Notes: generated from the sequence alone by a model not told the origin. Shown: positions 38,030 through 51,680, counted from the first letter of the stretch. The stretch: DNA of 64,000 nt from an uncultured Actinomycetota bacterium (GCA_963753435.1 CAVWCF010000001.1:1440001-1504000), one strand, 5' to 3'. Program-made: numbers and translations.

Positions 38030-39819
38030 CCAGGTTGGACAAGCCGACCAGCCTGGATCTGGGCGTGATCGGCAACTGCAGCGTGAGCGCGCTGATCGAC
38101 CAGTACGGCGGCTACGTGTGGTCGTGTCTGCCTCATTTCGCCGGCGATCCGGCGTTCTGCCAGTTGTTGGAGCCGGTTGACCGCGAGATCGGCTTCATGG
38201 ACGTGGAGTTGGACGGCTTCGTCCGATCCGAGCAGTCCTACATCCCCAACACCCCGGTGCTGGTGACCGTGCTGGAGGACAACCGCGGCGGCGCCATCGA
38301 GATCACCGACTTCAGCCCGCGATTCCGCGCCAACGACCGCCTGTACCACCCGCTCATGTTCATCCGCATCGTCCGACCACTGCGCGGCTTGCCGCGGATG
38401 CGCTTCCGGGTGCGTCCGGCCACCGGCTGGGGTAGCGCCCGCGCGGCGACAACCGCCGGCAGCAACCACATCCGCTTCCTGCTGTCGGACATGGTTATGC
38501 GGCTGACCACCAATGTGATGATCCCGACGGTGGAGCGGGAGCTTCCTTGGGTGCTGGAAGGGCCGGTCGCCATGGTCCTGGGACCGGACGAAACGTTGAC
38601 CACCTCCGTGGACCGCTTCGCCACCGACGCCTTGGATCGGACCGTCGACCATTGGCGGCGCTGGTCGCGATCGTTGAACGTGCCACTGGACTGGCAGGAG
38701 GCGGTCATCCGCGCGGCGATCACGTTGAAGTTGTCGCAGTACGAAGGCACCGGCGCGATCGTCGCGGCGATGACGACGTCGATCCCCGAGGCGGCGAACA
38801 CCGAGCGGAACTGGGACTACCGCTACTGCTGGCTGCGTGACGCGGCCTACGTCGTGCGCGCGCTGAACGGCCTGGGCACGACGCAGAGCATGGAGGAGTA
38901 CCTGCGGTACGTGTACACGATCGCCTCGGGGGCGCCGGATCTGCAGCCGGTCTATGGCATCCACTACGAAGCGGCACTGCTGGAGCGGGAGGAAGCCAAC
39001 CTGCAGGGGTACCAGGGGATGGGCCCGGTGCGTGTGGGCAACGACGCCTGGCGACAGCGGCAGCACGACACCTACGGATCGGTCGTGCTCGCCTCAACCC
39101 ACCTGTTCTTCGACCAACGGCTCAGTACACCCGGCGATGAGGCGGCTTTTTCGCGACTGGAGATCATCGGGGAGAAGGCCGCCAGCCTGTACGACCAGCC
39201 CGACGCCGGTCTTTGGGAGTACCGCGGCCGCGAGGCGGTGCATACCTACTCCTCGGTCATGTGCTGGGCTGCCTGCGATCGGTTGGCGCGCATCGCCGCG
39301 CATCTGGACCTGACTGATCGTGCGGCCATGTGGCGCAACCGCGCGGATGCGATGCGTAAGCGGATCATCGCGGAGTCATACGACGAGAAGCGGCAGACGT
39401 TCGTGGCCACCTGGGGTGGCGACACCATGGACGCGGCCCTGCTCACCTTGCACACACTGGGGTTCGTGGCCGCCGACGACCCGCGATTCGTCGGCACCGT
39501 CGCAGCCGTTGAGCAGGACCTGCTGCACGGCGATCACGTCTTCCGGTACGTCGAGCCCGACGATTTCGGTCAGCCGGAGACGGCGTTCCTGCTCTGCACG
39601 TTCTGGTACATCGATGCGCTAGCCGCGCTGGGCCGCCTGGACGAGGCCCGGCAGTTGTTCGTCGACGTGCTGAACCGGCGGAACAGCCTGGGTCTGCTCA
39701 GCGAGGACATCGACGTGACAAGTCGCGCGCTATGGGGCAACTTCCCGCAGACGTACTCGATGGTGGGCATCATCGAGAGCGCGCGACGGCTGTCGCGCCC
39801 ATGGGAGGTCGCGTCGTGA
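38026..39819 (+). CDS. GH15 glycoside hydrolase (trehalase-like)
   Basis: AAMTTSIPE, RNWDYRYCWLRD, PVRVGNDA, GLWE, GLLSED, GNFPQTYS. Confidence 0.92.
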   Translation: MTRLDKPTSLDLGVIGNCSVSALIDQYGGYVWSCLPHFAGDPAFCQLLEPVDREIGFMDVELDGFVRSEQSYIPNTPVLVTVLEDNRGGAIEITDFSPRFRANDRLYHPLMFIRIVRPLRGLPRMRFRVRPATGWGSARAATTAGSNHIRFLLSDMVMRLTTNVMIPTVERELPWVLEGPVAMVLGPDETLTTSVDRFATDALDRTVDHWRRWSRSLNVPLDWQEAVIRAAITLKLSQYEGTGAIVAAMTTSIPEAANTERNWDYRYCWLRDAAYVVRALNGLGTTQSMEEYLRYVYTIASGAPDLQPVYGIHYEAALLEREEANLQGYQGMGPVRVGNDAWRQRQHDTYGSVVLASTHLFFDQRLSTPGDEAAFSRLEIIGEKAASLYDQPDAGLWEYRGREAVHTYSSVMCWAACDRLARIAAHLDLTDRAAMWRNRADAMRKRIIAESYDEKRQTFVATWGGDTMDAALLTLHTLGFVAADDPRFVGTVAAVEQDLLHGDHVFRYVEPDDFGQPETAFLLCTFWYIDALAALGRLDEARQLFVDVLNRRNSLGLLSEDIDVTSRALWGNFPQTYSMVGIIESARRLSRPWEVAS

Positions 39820-41228
39820 GCCGCTTGGTCGTCGTTTCCAACCGGGTTGCCACGCCCAAGGCAGCTCAGGCCGGTGGTCTGGCTTCGGCCATGTTGGCGG
39901 CGTTGTCCGAGGTCGGTGGCTTGTGGTTCGGCTGGAGTGGCCGGGCGGTTGCCGGCGAACCCGGCCCGCCGCAGGAGGAGTCGGACGGTCCGATCACGTT
40001 CCTGACCACGGACTTGTCCAAGGCTGACTACGAGGACTACTACAACGGCTTCGCCAACCGGTCGCTGTGGCCGCTGCTGCACTTCCGGCCGGACCTCGTT
40101 GACTACAGCAAGCAGAACTACCAGGGCTATCAGCGAGTCAACCGTCACTTCGCGCGGACCTTGGCCCCGCATCTGCGTGACGGCGACACCATCTGGGTTC
40201 AGGACTTCCACCTGATTCCGCTGGCGGGATTGCTGCGCGAGATGGGCGTGTCCGGCCGCATGGGGTTCTTCCTGCACACGCCGCTGCCGCCGCCGGACAT
40301 CATGCGGGTTCTGCCCGGCCACCGGGCGTTGATGGACGCCCTGACCGAGTACGACCTGGTGGGGTTGCACACCAACGCCTACGTGCGCGCCTTCGTCAAC
40401 TACCAGCGGGACCTCGCCGGCGGCCAGAAGTTGCCGGACGGATGGATGCGAACCGGCTCCGGTCGGTTGATGCGGGTGCTGGCGTTGCCGATCTCGGTGG
40501 ATCCGAACGCGATCGCGGCGTCAGCTGCGCGCGCGGTCAGCAACCCGTCGGTGAAGCGTCTACGTGCGGGCCTGACCGCGGAGGACCGCATCCGGCTCGC
40601 CGTCGGCGTCGACCGGCTCGACTACAGCAAGGGGCTGCCGGAACGGTTTGAGGCCTTCGGCCGCTTCCTCGATCATTCGCCGCAGCATCGGGGGCGGGTC
40701 AGCCTGTTGCAGATCGCACCGACGTCGCGGGAGGACGTGCCCGCCTACATCGAGTTGCGTGGTCAACTGGAGCAGCAGGCGGGCGCCGTCAACGGTCGGT
40801 ACTCCGACCCGAGTTGGACGCCGATCCGGTACGTCAACCGGACCTATCCCCAGAGCACCCTCTTCGGCTTCTACCGGTCTGCGTGCATGGGGTTGGTGAC
40901 GCCGCTTCGGGACGGCATGAACCTCGTCGCCAAGGAGTTCGTGGCCGCGCAGGATCCCGAAGACCCGGGCGTCCTGGTGCTCTCCACGTTCGCCGGCGCC
41001 GCTGACGAGATGGACGAGGCGGTCTTCATCAACCCCTACGACATCGACGGCATGGGCGAGGCCATGGCGCGCGCGTTGGACATGGATCTGCCGGAACGGC
41101 GGCGGCGCTGGTCGGCGCTAATGGCGCGGTTGAAGCGCTGGGACATCACCGCGTGGCGGCGCGCTTTCCTGAACGCGCTGGAGGAACCCCCGTCTCCGGA
41201 GGTGCTGCGCTCAACCGGCGTTATGTGA
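39816..41228 (+). CDS. otsA: Trehalose-6-phosphate synthase
   Basis: [40 protein letters not shown]. Confidence 0.95.
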   Translation: MSRLVVVSNRVATPKAAQAGGLASAMLAALSEVGGLWFGWSGRAVAGEPGPPQEESDGPITFLTTDLSKADYEDYYNGFANRSLWPLLHFRPDLVDYSKQNYQGYQRVNRHFARTLAPHLRDGDTIWVQDFHLIPLAGLLREMGVSGRMGFFLHTPLPPPDIMRVLPGHRALMDALTEYDLVGLHTNAYVRAFVNYQRDLAGGQKLPDGWMRTGSGRLMRVLALPISVDPNAIAASAARAVSNPSVKRLRAGLTAEDRIRLAVGVDRLDYSKGLPERFEAFGRFLDHSPQHRGRVSLLQIAPTSREDVPAYIELRGQLEQQAGAVNGRYSDPSWTPIRYVNRTYPQSTLFGFYRSACMGLVTPLRDGMNLVAKEFVAAQDPEDPGVLVLSTFAGAADEMDEAVFINPYDIDGMGEAMARALDMDLPERRRRWSALMARLKRWDITAWRRAFLNALEEPPSPEVLRSTGVM

Positions 41229-41256
41229 TCTCGCGGGACTTCTCCAGTACGAGAGG

Positions 41257-41817
41257 TCAGAACGAGACGGACGGCACCTTTCGGACTTCCGGGTCGGCGG
41301 CGGTGAAGTAGCCGGCGCGCTTGAAGCCGAAGAACGAAGCGACCAGCGAGGACGGGAACGACTCGACGCGCGTGTTCAGTGACCGCACGTTGCCGTTGTA
41401 CAGGCGCCGAGATGCGGCGATGCGGTCCTCGGTGTCAGCCAACTCCGTCTGCAGCTGGGCGAAACGACCGTCGGCGCGCAGTTGCGGGTAGTTCTCACTG
41501 ACGGCGAACAGCCTGGACAGCGCGCGGCCCAGGATGTCCTCCTGGCCTGCTTGGGCCTCGGGGCTGGATCCGGCGGCCGCAGCAGTCCCGCGCGCCTGGG
41601 TCACTTCGTCCAAGACGGATCGCTCGTGCCCGGCGTAGCCCCGGACTGTCTCGACCAGGTTGGGGATCAGGTCATGTCGGCGGTGCAGTTCGACGTCCAC
41701 CTGGCGCCAGGACTCCTGGACAGCGTTGCGCTGCCGGACGAACCGGTTGTACGACAGGATCGTCGCCAGCACCAGGATTCCGGCACCGATGAGCAGGACC
41801 CACATGGTGGGACTCAT
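41257..41817 (-). CDS. lemA: LemA-family protein
   Basis: YNRFV, RRHDLIPNLVETV, ENYPQL, EDRIAASRRLYN. Confidence 0.92.
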   Translation of the reverse strand: MSPTMWVLLIGAGILVLATILSYNRFVRQRNAVQESWRQVDVELHRRHDLIPNLVETVRGYAGHERSVLDEVTQARGTAAAAGSSPEAQAGQEDILGRALSRLFAVSENYPQLRADGRFAQLQTELADTEDRIAASRRLYNGNVRSLNTRVESFPSSLVASFFGFKRAGYFTAADPEVRKVPSVSF

Positions 41818-42515
41818 GGCCTTCCGCCTTCCGTTGCGATCTGAACAGTCGGGTCGGCGCCGCGTTCGCGCCAGATGTAGTCGGGAACGCCGCCGGCGAC
41901 TGCATGCATTGCCACCAACCTCGTCATGACCTGCTGGGGGCCGAGGGTGCCGCGGGCGACGCTGACGAGATCGCTGGCCTCGGTGCTCAAATGCACTGCC
42001 GGCAGCTTGGTCAGCCGATCAATCGTTCGAGGCGTGAGCACCTTGTAGGCCCACGCCCGGTCGTTGGCGTGCACCACGTAGCGCCGGTTGAAGTCGTGGC
42101 TCTCCACGGTGATGTCACGGTCGGTGACTCGACCGAACCAACCCGACAAGGGGTTCTGCGGTGTCAGTTCGACCCGCGGCAGCGGTGCGGGCAGTTGGAG
42201 GGCGAGCACTGTGTACCACGTGGTCCGTCGCGACTTGTCGTCCCGGTCGATGACCTGCAGGTCGCAGCAGATGGCCGGAAAGCCCCGGTAGTGCCCGCGC
42301 GCGACTGTCCGGAAGCGGCGCTCGTCGCCGGCCGCGAAGACACCGCGAAACCACCGGTGCGCCAGCGACGGGTCCTCAGCCAGGATCTGCCACCCCTGCC
42401 CGACGAGCATCGCCGCTCGGCGGTCGCGACTGGCCTGGGCCTTTCGCCACGAGTGGTACGCGAAAGCGGCCGCCGTCAGGGCGACCACCACCGCGAGGAC
42501 GGTCACTGGGTCCAC
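41814..42515 (-). CDS. Membrane-anchored hypothetical protein (DUF3137-like), coupled to lemA
   Basis: N-terminal TM helix, DITVESHDFNRRYVV motif; stop overlaps the lemA ATG. Confidence 0.65.
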   Translation of the reverse strand: MDPVTVLAVVVALTAAAFAYHSWRKAQASRDRRAAMLVGQGWQILAEDPSLAHRWFRGVFAAGDERRFRTVARGHYRGFPAICCDLQVIDRDDKSRRTTWYTVLALQLPAPLPRVELTPQNPLSGWFGRVTDRDITVESHDFNRRYVVHANDRAWAYKVLTPRTIDRLTKLPAVHLSTEASDLVSVARGTLGPQQVMTRLVAMHAVAGGVPDYIWRERGADPTVQIATEGGRP

Positions 42516-42583
42516 GGCTACCTGATCGGCACGGACCGACCCCGACTAGAGCGGTTGGACCACCCAGATGTGCGGCCGTGGGG

Positions 42584-43120
42584 TCAGTCGAGCCCGAGGT
42601 CCGCCAGCGAGTAGACCGCCAGGTAGTCCAGCCCCGCCGCCTCGACCGCCGGCCCGGCCCCACGGTCCACGATCACGGCCACGCCCACGACGTCCGCGCC
42701 GGCCTCGGTCAGTGCGTCCACGGCGGTCAGCACCGAGCCGCCGGTCGTCGACGTGTCCTCCACCGCCAGCACCCGCCGGCCGGCGACGTCGGGGCCCTCG
42801 ATTCGACGCTGCAGGCCGTGCGCCTTGCCTTCCTTGCGCACCACGAAGGCATCCAAGCGTCCACCGCGGGCAGCAGCCGCGTGCAGCATCGCGGTGGCAA
42901 CCGGGTCGGCGCCTAGCGTCAGCCCACCAACGGCGTCGTAGTTCAGGTGCGCGGTGGCGTCCAGCATGGCCGCGCCCACAAGCGGAGCAGCCTCCCCATC
43001 AAGAGTCACTCGCCGCAGATCCACGTAGTAGTCGGCTTCGCGTCCACTCGACAGCACCACCCGGCCATGGACGACGGCGCGGTCGGAGATCAGCGGCAGC
43101 AGGTCATCGCGTGCAGTCAC
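42584..43120 (-). CDS. pyrE: Orotate phosphoribosyltransferase
   Basis: LSSGREADYYVD, VRKEGKAHG, VEDTSTTGGS. Confidence 0.95.
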   Translation of the reverse strand: MTARDDLLPLISDRAVVHGRVVLSSGREADYYVDLRRVTLDGEAAPLVGAAMLDATAHLNYDAVGGLTLGADPVATAMLHAAAARGGRLDAFVVRKEGKAHGLQRRIEGPDVAGRRVLAVEDTSTTGGSVLTAVDALTEAGADVVGVAVIVDRGAGPAVEAAGLDYLAVYSLADLGLD

Positions 43121-44109
43121 GAGCGCGCAGCGTACGCAGCCAGGATGCGTGCCTCGGTTTCGCGGTCCAACGCCGCCGGGCGGTAGGAACGAGGCGGCTC
43201 CGCGTCCAATCCGGCCAGCCAGGCCCAGGAATCCTCCAAGGTCACCGACAGCGGCCGGCACTCCAGACCGGCTTCGGTGGCGGCTTGGGTGCTGAAAACC
43301 GCAGGTTCGTCGGCCAGCCACATCGGCAGCCCCGACCACTGGGCCACGCCGGCTTCCAGCAGCACGGCGTCGGGGATCCAAACGGGCTCCGCGTCGGCAC
43401 CGGTAGCCCAGCAGGCGGACGCGATGAAGTCCCCCCAACTGTCCCGGCCCGGCGGGTTCAGGCAGGTGAACACCCCTGGGGTGCGTTGCCGGCCCAGGTG
43501 CACGGCGAACTCGGCCAGATCCCGCGCATCAACGAAGTCAAAGGCCCGCTGCGGCTGGCCGGGAGCGATGAACGGCCCGGGTGTTGCGGCTCGGCCGAGC
43601 CAATGAGACAACCGGCCGATGTTCTCGAACGGTCCGAGGATGACCCCCGGCCGAAGCACTGCGACCTGGTCGGCGCCGAATGTGCGTAGCGCGGCCAGTT
43701 CGGCTGCCCGCTTCTGTTCGGCGTACCGCGCCATCTCCGGCAGGGACGGATCGTCGGGGTCGCCGACGACGGTGCGCGAGTCCTCGGTGACGAAGGAACC
43801 GGGCGCCGCGTCGTAGACGCTCACTGTCGACACGAGGACGTAGTGATCCACTGCGTCGCGCAGCGATCGCGACGCGGTCAGGACTCGTGCGGCATTGAGC
43901 CCGCTGACATCTATGGCCACATCCCAGGACCGGCCGTCGAGCACGGACAACGACGCCGGGTCATCGCGATCGGCCACAAGGACTTCTGCTGGGGAGATCG
44001 TCGGGCTGACACCCCTGTTGAGCAGCGTCACCTCGTGACCGTGAGCGCGGGCGACCTCGTCGATGTGCCGCCCGACAAACGACGTACCGCCCAGTACCAG
44101 CACTCTCAC
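43117..44109 (-). CDS. NAD-dependent epimerase/dehydratase family protein
   Basis: VLGGTSFVG, YAEQKRAAE, LRPGVILGP, DARDLA. Confidence 0.85.
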   Translation of the reverse strand: MRVLVLGGTSFVGRHIDEVARAHGHEVTLLNRGVSPTISPAEVLVADRDDPASLSVLDGRSWDVAIDVSGLNAARVLTASRSLRDAVDHYVLVSTVSVYDAAPGSFVTEDSRTVVGDPDDPSLPEMARYAEQKRAAELAALRTFGADQVAVLRPGVILGPFENIGRLSHWLGRAATPGPFIAPGQPQRAFDFVDARDLAEFAVHLGRQRTPGVFTCLNPPGRDSWGDFIASACWATGADAEPVWIPDAVLLEAGVAQWSGLPMWLADEPAVFSTQAATEAGLECRPLSVTLEDSWAWLAGLDAEPPRSYRPAALDRETEARILAAYAARS

Positions 44110-44876
44110 TGCTGCCTCCGCGGCTTGCGGCTCTGCACCGCGGCCGCGACCAGGCGGCTCGGGGCCAGCCTGGCGACGGTGGCCGCGGCCCGGTATCCGA
44201 TTCCCGGCACTGTCACCACCCGACCGGCTGCCAGGGCGGCCAGGGCGTCGTCGACGACCGTATCCGCGTCCTGCCACGCCCAACTCGGGATCGCGGACAT
44301 GTTCAACTCGGCGCGTTCGTGCAATCGGGTCCGGACGTACCCGGGACAGGTTGCGGTCACCGACACCCCGGAGTCCTTCAGCTGTGTCGCGAGCGACTCC
44401 GTGAAGACGATCATCCAGGCCTTGGCGGCGGAGTACGTGCCGGTGGGCAGCCAGCCCGCGACGCTGGCGACGTTGACGATGCCGCCGCTGCCTCGTTGGA
44501 CCATTGCCGCGGCCGCGGCATGGCTGAGGACGAGTGGGGCGCGGACCAGTACGTCGAGCAGTCGGTTCTCCTCGGCCACCTCCGAACGCAGGAACGACCG
44601 GCCCAGGGCGAAGCCCGCGTTGTTGACCAGCAGGTCCACTGGCCGGTCCGGTTCCTGCAGTCTGGTGGCGATGCGATCCAGTTGTTCCTGGTCGGCCAGG
44701 TCCACGCTCATGACTTCCACGTGGCCACCGAACCGGTGCGCCAGGTCGTCAGCGGTCTCCTTGAGCCGCACCTCGTCGCGAGCGACGAGGATGAGGTCGT
44801 AACCGCGCGCCGCCAGGCGGGCAGCGAATGCCGCGCCGATGCCCGAGTTCGCTCCGGTAATCAGGGCGACTGGCAC
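44106..44876 (-). CDS. Short-chain dehydrogenase/reductase
   Basis: TGANSGIG, NNAG, YSAAK. Confidence 0.92.
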   Translation of the reverse strand: MPVALITGANSGIGAAFAARLAARGYDLILVARDEVRLKETADDLAHRFGGHVEVMSVDLADQEQLDRIATRLQEPDRPVDLLVNNAGFALGRSFLRSEVAEENRLLDVLVRAPLVLSHAAAAAMVQRGSGGIVNVASVAGWLPTGTYSAAKAWMIVFTESLATQLKDSGVSVTATCPGYVRTRLHERAELNMSAIPSWAWQDADTVVDDALAALAAGRVVTVPGIGYRAAATVARLAPSRLVAAAVQSRKPRRQQ

Positions 44877-44944
44877 CGGACCAGCCTGGCACGACGAGGT
44901 GCCAGTCGGTGATGGCTGGGCCGATCAGTCTGCGATGGCCGACG

Positions 44945-47542
44945 TCAGGCTGGTGCTGCAGCGCCGGCTAGCACCAGCCCATCGCCGGCCGCGTTGACGT
45001 CTACGACCACGTTCTCGCCGTCCCGCACCCGCCCCGCCAACAGGTCACGGGCGAGCTGGTCGCCGATCTCGGTCTGAATCAGGCGACGCAGGGGCCGTGC
45101 TCCATAGAGGGGGTCAAAGCCGGTGCGGGCCAGCCAGTCCGCTGCTGCCGCAGTGGTCGTCAGGCCGATCCGGCGGTCTTTCAGCCGATCCGCCAGTGCC
45201 GCCACCTGCAGGTCGACGATGCGCGCCAACTCCGGTTCGCTCAGCGCGGTGAACTGCACGACCTCGTCGAGGCGGTTCAAGAACTCCGGTCGGAATGTGG
45301 ATCGCACTGCGCCCATCACCGACTCGCGCCGTTGCTCCTGGGAGAGCGTCGGGTCGACCAGGAATTGCGAACCCAGGTTCGACGTCAGGATCAGGATGGC
45401 GTTGCGGAAATCAACAGTGCGGCCCTGTCCATCGGTGAGCCGACCGTCGTCGAGCACCTGCAGCAACAGGTCGAACACCTCCGGGTGGGCCTTCTCCACC
45501 TCGTCCATGAGGATGACCGTGTAAGGCCTGCGGCGGACCGCTTCGGTCAACTGCCCGCCTTCTTCGTAGCCCACGTAGCCGGGGGGTGCCCCGACGAGGC
45601 GCGCGACTGAGTGCTTCTCGGAGTACTCGCTCATGTCCAGCCGAGTCATCGCGCGCTCATCGTCGAAGAGGAAGTCCGCCAGCGCCTTAGCCAATTCGGT
45701 CTTGCCGACCCCGGTCGGTCCGAGGAACAAGAAGGAGCCGTCCGGCCGATTCGGGTCGGCGATGCCGGCACGCGCGCGACGAACGGCGTCGGAGACGGCC
45801 GCAACCGCTTCGGATTGCCCGATGAGGCGGCGTCCGAGTTCATCCTCCATCCGCAGCAGTTTCTGCGTTTCGCCCTCCATCAGACGTCCCGCCGGGATGC
45901 CGGTCCAAGCCGAAACCACGTCGGCGATCTCGTCGGGGCCCACTTCCTCGCGAACCATCGGGCCACCGGCGTCGGCGTCTTCGGCCTGGTTGCGCGCGCC
46001 GGCCAGTTCCGCCTCGGCGGCCGGGATCTCGCCGTACAGCAACTCCGAGGCTCGCTGCAGATCCCCGTCCCGCTGGGCGCGGTCCAGCTCTACTCGAAGG
46101 TCGTCAAGTCGCTGCTTCAGGTCGCCAACGCGGTTGAGGCCGGCCTTCTCCCGGTCCCAGCGAGCGACTAGTCCGTTGAGCAGCTCGACCTTGTCGGCCA
46201 ACTCCGCCCGGAGCCGCTGCAGCCGTTCGACGCTGGCGTCGTCAGTCTCCTTGGCCAGCGCGAGTTCCTCCATGCGCATGCGGTCGACCTCGCGCCGGAG
46301 TTGGTCGATCTCGACGGGCGCCGACTCGATCTCCATGCGCAACCGGCTCGCGGCCTCATCTACCAGGTCGATTGCCTTGTCGGGCAGTTGCCGCCCGCTG
46401 ATGAACCGATCTGACAACGACGCGGCTGAAACAAGTGCCCCGTCGGAGATCTGCACGCCGTGGTGTGCCTCGTAGCGTTCCCGCAGACCGCGCAGGATCG
46501 CAACGGTGTCCTCCACGCTCGGCTCGCCCACGAAGACCTGCTGGAACCGGCGTTCGAGGGCAGCGTCCTTCTCGACGTTCTCGCGGTACTCGTCGAGGGT
46601 GGTCGCGCCGATCATGTGCAGTTCGCCTCGGGCCAGCATCGGCTTGAGCATGTTGCTGGCGTCCATGGCGGAGTCACCCGTGGCGCCAGCCCCGACAACC
46701 GTGTGCATCTCGTCGATGAAGGTGACTACCTCGCCCTCGGAGGACTTGATCTCGTCGAGTACTGCCTTGAGCCGCTCCTCGAACTCGCCGCGGTACTTGG
46801 CGCCGGCAACCATGGCCCCTAGGTCCAGCGCGATGAGGCGCTTTCCGCGCAGGGATTCGGGCACGTCCCCGTCGACGATGCGCTGCGCCAGGCCTTCGAC
46901 CACGGCCGTCTTGCCGACGCCCGGCTCACCGATCAAAACCGGGTTGTTCTTGGTTCGCCGCGACAGCACCTGGACAACTCGGCGAACTTCGGCGTCCCGG
47001 CCGATGACCGGGTCGATCTTGCCCTCGCGGGCCCGGGCGGTCAGGTCGACCCCGTACTTCTCCAGTGCCTGGTAGGTCCCCTCTGGGTCCGCGCTGGTGA
47101 CGCGGGCCGAACCGCGCACGCTGGCAAACGCCGACAGCAGGGCGTCGGGTGTGGCGCCGACCGCACGCAGCAGACCCGCGGCGTTGGAGTCCACCTGCGC
47201 CGAAGCGACGAGCAGGTGCTCGGTGGACACGTATTCGTCGGACAGGTCCCGGGCCACGTCCCCGGCCGCGGACAGAACTTGCAGCAACTGTCGGGAAGTC
47301 TGCGGGGCGGCCACGGTCGATCCGCTGGCGGCCGGCAATTGCGCCAGCTCCGCATCCACTTGCGCACGCAGCGCGCTGGGCTTGGCGTCAACCGCGTTCA
47401 GCAGCGCGACGGCAGTTCCATCGGCCTGGTCCAGCAGGGCGCGCAACAGGTGCAGCGGGGTGACGTCGGTGTGCCCGGCGGTTGCGGCCCGGCGGACGGC
47501 GTCGGACAGCGCTTCTTGGGCCTTGGTGGTCATCCGGTCCAT
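44945..47542 (-). CDS. clpB: ATP-dependent disaggregase ClpB
   Basis: Two AAA modules ([16 protein letters not shown]) and coiled-coil M domain; ATG at 47542 with GGAGG RBS overlaps the hspR stop. Confidence 0.97.
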   Translation of the reverse strand: MDRMTTKAQEALSDAVRRAATAGHTDVTPLHLLRALLDQADGTAVALLNAVDAKPSALRAQVDAELAQLPAASGSTVAAPQTSRQLLQVLSAAGDVARDLSDEYVSTEHLLVASAQVDSNAAGLLRAVGATPDALLSAFASVRGSARVTSADPEGTYQALEKYGVDLTARAREGKIDPVIGRDAEVRRVVQVLSRRTKNNPVLIGEPGVGKTAVVEGLAQRIVDGDVPESLRGKRLIALDLGAMVAGAKYRGEFEERLKAVLDEIKSSEGEVVTFIDEMHTVVGAGATGDSAMDASNMLKPMLARGELHMIGATTLDEYRENVEKDAALERRFQQVFVGEPSVEDTVAILRGLRERYEAHHGVQISDGALVSAASLSDRFISGRQLPDKAIDLVDEAASRLRMEIESAPVEIDQLRREVDRMRMEELALAKETDDASVERLQRLRAELADKVELLNGLVARWDREKAGLNRVGDLKQRLDDLRVELDRAQRDGDLQRASELLYGEIPAAEAELAGARNQAEDADAGGPMVREEVGPDEIADVVSAWTGIPAGRLMEGETQKLLRMEDELGRRLIGQSEAVAAVSDAVRRARAGIADPNRPDGSFLFLGPTGVGKTELAKALADFLFDDERAMTRLDMSEYSEKHSVARLVGAPPGYVGYEEGGQLTEAVRRRPYTVILMDEVEKAHPEVFDLLLQVLDDGRLTDGQGRTVDFRNAILILTSNLGSQFLVDPTLSQEQRRESVMGAVRSTFRPEFLNRLDEVVQFTALSEPELARIVDLQVAALADRLKDRRIGLTTTAAAADWLARTGFDPLYGARPLRRLIQTEIGDQLARDLLAGRVRDGENVVVDVNAAGDGLVLAGAAAPA

Positions 47543-47958
47543 CAGCGCACCTCCCTGCGGGTCGACCGCTTGGGTCGCCACACCACCAACGCCCCGGGAC
47601 CGGCCAACGGCACAAGGTCAGCGGATGCTTCGGGGTCGGCCCCCAGCGCAGCCAGCCGGGCCCGTAGCCGTACCGCGTCCTGCTCCATACGCAGAACCTG
47701 TTCGCGCAGGTCGAGGATGCGCTGGATCCCCGACAGGTTGATTCCTTCGGCGGCCAGCGCCTGCACCACCTGCAGCCTGGAGATGTCTCGGGCGGAATAG
47801 CGACGACCGCCGCCAGCGGTGCGGTCCGGGGTGACCAGGCCGAGCCGGTCGTACTGGCGCAGCGTCTGCGGGTGCAGACCGGTGATCTCGGCGACCACGG
47901 AGATGACGTAGACGGCGGCGTCCTCAGCGGGGTTGAAATCGGTGCGCACGTTCATCAC
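47542..47958 (-). CDS. hspR: Heat-shock repressor HspR (MerR family)
   Basis: [29 protein letters not shown]. Confidence 0.95.
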   Translation of the reverse strand: MMNVRTDFNPAEDAAVYVISVVAEITGLHPQTLRQYDRLGLVTPDRTAGGGRRYSARDISRLQVVQALAAEGINLSGIQRILDLREQVLRMEQDAVRLRARLAALGADPEASADLVPLAGPGALVVWRPKRSTRREVR

Positions 47959-49091
47959 TCCTTCGCAGCAGCCGCAGCCAGTCCGGCCCGCGGGTCGTGG
48001 TCAGTGGTTGCTTCGGCGTATGCCTGCACGGCCGCTTTGGCGTCGCCGGAAAGGTTGGTAGGTACGGCCACGTTGACGGTGACGAGCAGGTCGCCGCTGG
48101 TGCCGTCCGATCGAGTGGCCCCCTTGCCGCGCACGCGGAAGGTGCGGCCGTTGGCAGTCCCGGCCGGGACCTTCAACGTCACGGTCTTTCCGTCCGGCGT
48201 GGGGACGGCGATGTTCGCGCCGAGAACCGCTTCGGCGAATGTGACCGGAACGGTCAGCGTCACGTTGGCTCCCGATCGGGCGAACAGGTCGTGCTTGGCA
48301 ACGTGCACGCGCAGGTACAGGTCCCCGGCCGGTCCCCCGTTCTCCCCGGGGGCACCCTTGCCCTTCAGCCGGATGCGCTGACCGTCGCGCACCCCCGCAG
48401 GCACCCTGGCCGTCACCGTCCGGGAGCTTGGCCCCCGACCGCTGCCGTGGCAGGTCGGGCACGGGTTGTCGACGACCAGGCCCCGACCGCGGCAGGACGG
48501 GCACGGTTCGGAGAACGAGAACCCACCCGCGTCGCGGGACGTGTGACCCACGCCGCCGCAGGTCGGGCACATGCGCGGGGTGGTGCCGGCCTTGGCGCCG
48601 GTGCCGAAGCACGCCGTGCACGGACCTTCGCCGGTCAGCGTCAGCGGGACGGTCACCCCGTGCAGCGCGTCGCGGAAGCTCAGCGACACATCGCTTTCGA
48701 CGTCGGCACCACGCCGCCGTTGCGGGCCGCGATGGCGGCCACGGTTGAACAGCCCGCCGAGCAGGTCACCCAGCCCGGCGTCCTGCGACCCGAGGACGTC
48801 GCCGAGGTCGAAACCGCCGGCCCCGCCACCACTGGGTCGGCGGAAGCCGCCGCCGGCGAACATGTCTCGGGCGGAGTCGTACTCCTTGCGCTGCTTCGGG
48901 TCACCGACAACGTCGTACGCCTCGCTGACTTCCTTGAAGCGCTCTTCGGCTTTGGCGTCACCCTTGTTGGTGTCCGGGTGCAGTTCGCGCGCCAACTTCC
49001 GATACCGCTTCTTGATGTCGCTGTCGCTGGCGTCCTTGGGGACGCCGAGCACTGCGTAGTAGTCCTTCTGCAGCCATTCCTGCGCGACCAT
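47955..49091 (-). CDS. dnaJ: Chaperone DnaJ
   Basis: KDYY, HPD, four CxxCxGxG repeats. Confidence 0.97.
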   Translation of the reverse strand: MVAQEWLQKDYYAVLGVPKDASDSDIKKRYRKLARELHPDTNKGDAKAEERFKEVSEAYDVVGDPKQRKEYDSARDMFAGGGFRRPSGGGAGGFDLGDVLGSQDAGLGDLLGGLFNRGRHRGPQRRRGADVESDVSLSFRDALHGVTVPLTLTGEGPCTACFGTGAKAGTTPRMCPTCGGVGHTSRDAGGFSFSEPCPSCRGRGLVVDNPCPTCHGSGRGPSSRTVTARVPAGVRDGQRIRLKGKGAPGENGGPAGDLYLRVHVAKHDLFARSGANVTLTVPVTFAEAVLGANIAVPTPDGKTVTLKVPAGTANGRTFRVRGKGATRSDGTSGDLLVTVNVAVPTNLSGDAKAAVQAYAEATTDHDPRAGLAAAAAKE

Positions 49092-49134
49092 GGCGTCCCC
49101 TCCTCTCCTCGGGATCCAGTTGGACTTGTTCGGT

Positions 49135-49742
49135 TCAGGCCTCGGGTTCGGCGACGGCGACTCGTGCTGGGCGCAGCACCCGACCACCGAAGCGGTAGCC
49201 GGCCTGGAAGACCTCCACGCAGGTGGCCTCCTTCAGTTCGTCGTCGATGCTGTGTGTCAGCGCCTCGTGGATGTTGGGGTCGAAGGAGTCGCCGGCCTCG
49301 CCGTAGGACTCCAAACCGAGCCGCGTGAGACTGCCTCGCAGCGCGTCGGCCACCGACTTGAAGCCGCCCACCAGCTCATCGTGTGAGTCGGCCCGGTCGA
49401 TGTCGTCGAGCACCGGGAGCAGATCGGTCAGGACGCCGGCCACGGCCAGCTCCCGTACCAGTTCCCGGTCCCGCTCCACCCGCTTGCGGTAGTTGTCGAA
49501 CTCCGCCTTCAGGCGCAACAGGTCAGCGCGGTGCGACTCGGCCTCCGCAACGGCAATGGCCTCCATCGACTCAAGGTCGGCGGCGACTTCCTGGGCCTCT
49601 TCGCGTTCGGCGGCCAGGCCTTCAACCAAGTCACCGGCGACCTCATCTACTGCGTCGCCTTGCTTTGTCGGGTCCGGTCGGGCGGTGCCGGTTTCCGGGT
49701 CGACGCGCCGCCGGTCCCGAATCACCGGGCCTTCGGCGTCGC

Positions 49743-49746
<4 letters not shown>
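49135..49746 (-). CDS. grpE: Nucleotide exchange factor GrpE
   Basis: [33 protein letters not shown]. Confidence 0.96.
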
Positions 49747-51611
<1,865 letters not shown>

Positions 51612-51659
51612 TGGGTCCTCCAGGGTTGTTCCGGTCCAGTTGTGGGGCTATTCCAGCAA

Positions 51660-51680
51660 GTTGAGTCGGTTCGACGCAAC
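51660..51680. promoter_or_regulatory. HAIR (HspR-associated inverted repeat)
   Basis: GTTGAGT-N7-ACGCAAC versus consensus CTTGAGT-N7-ACTCAAG, upstream of dnaK. Confidence 0.7.
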
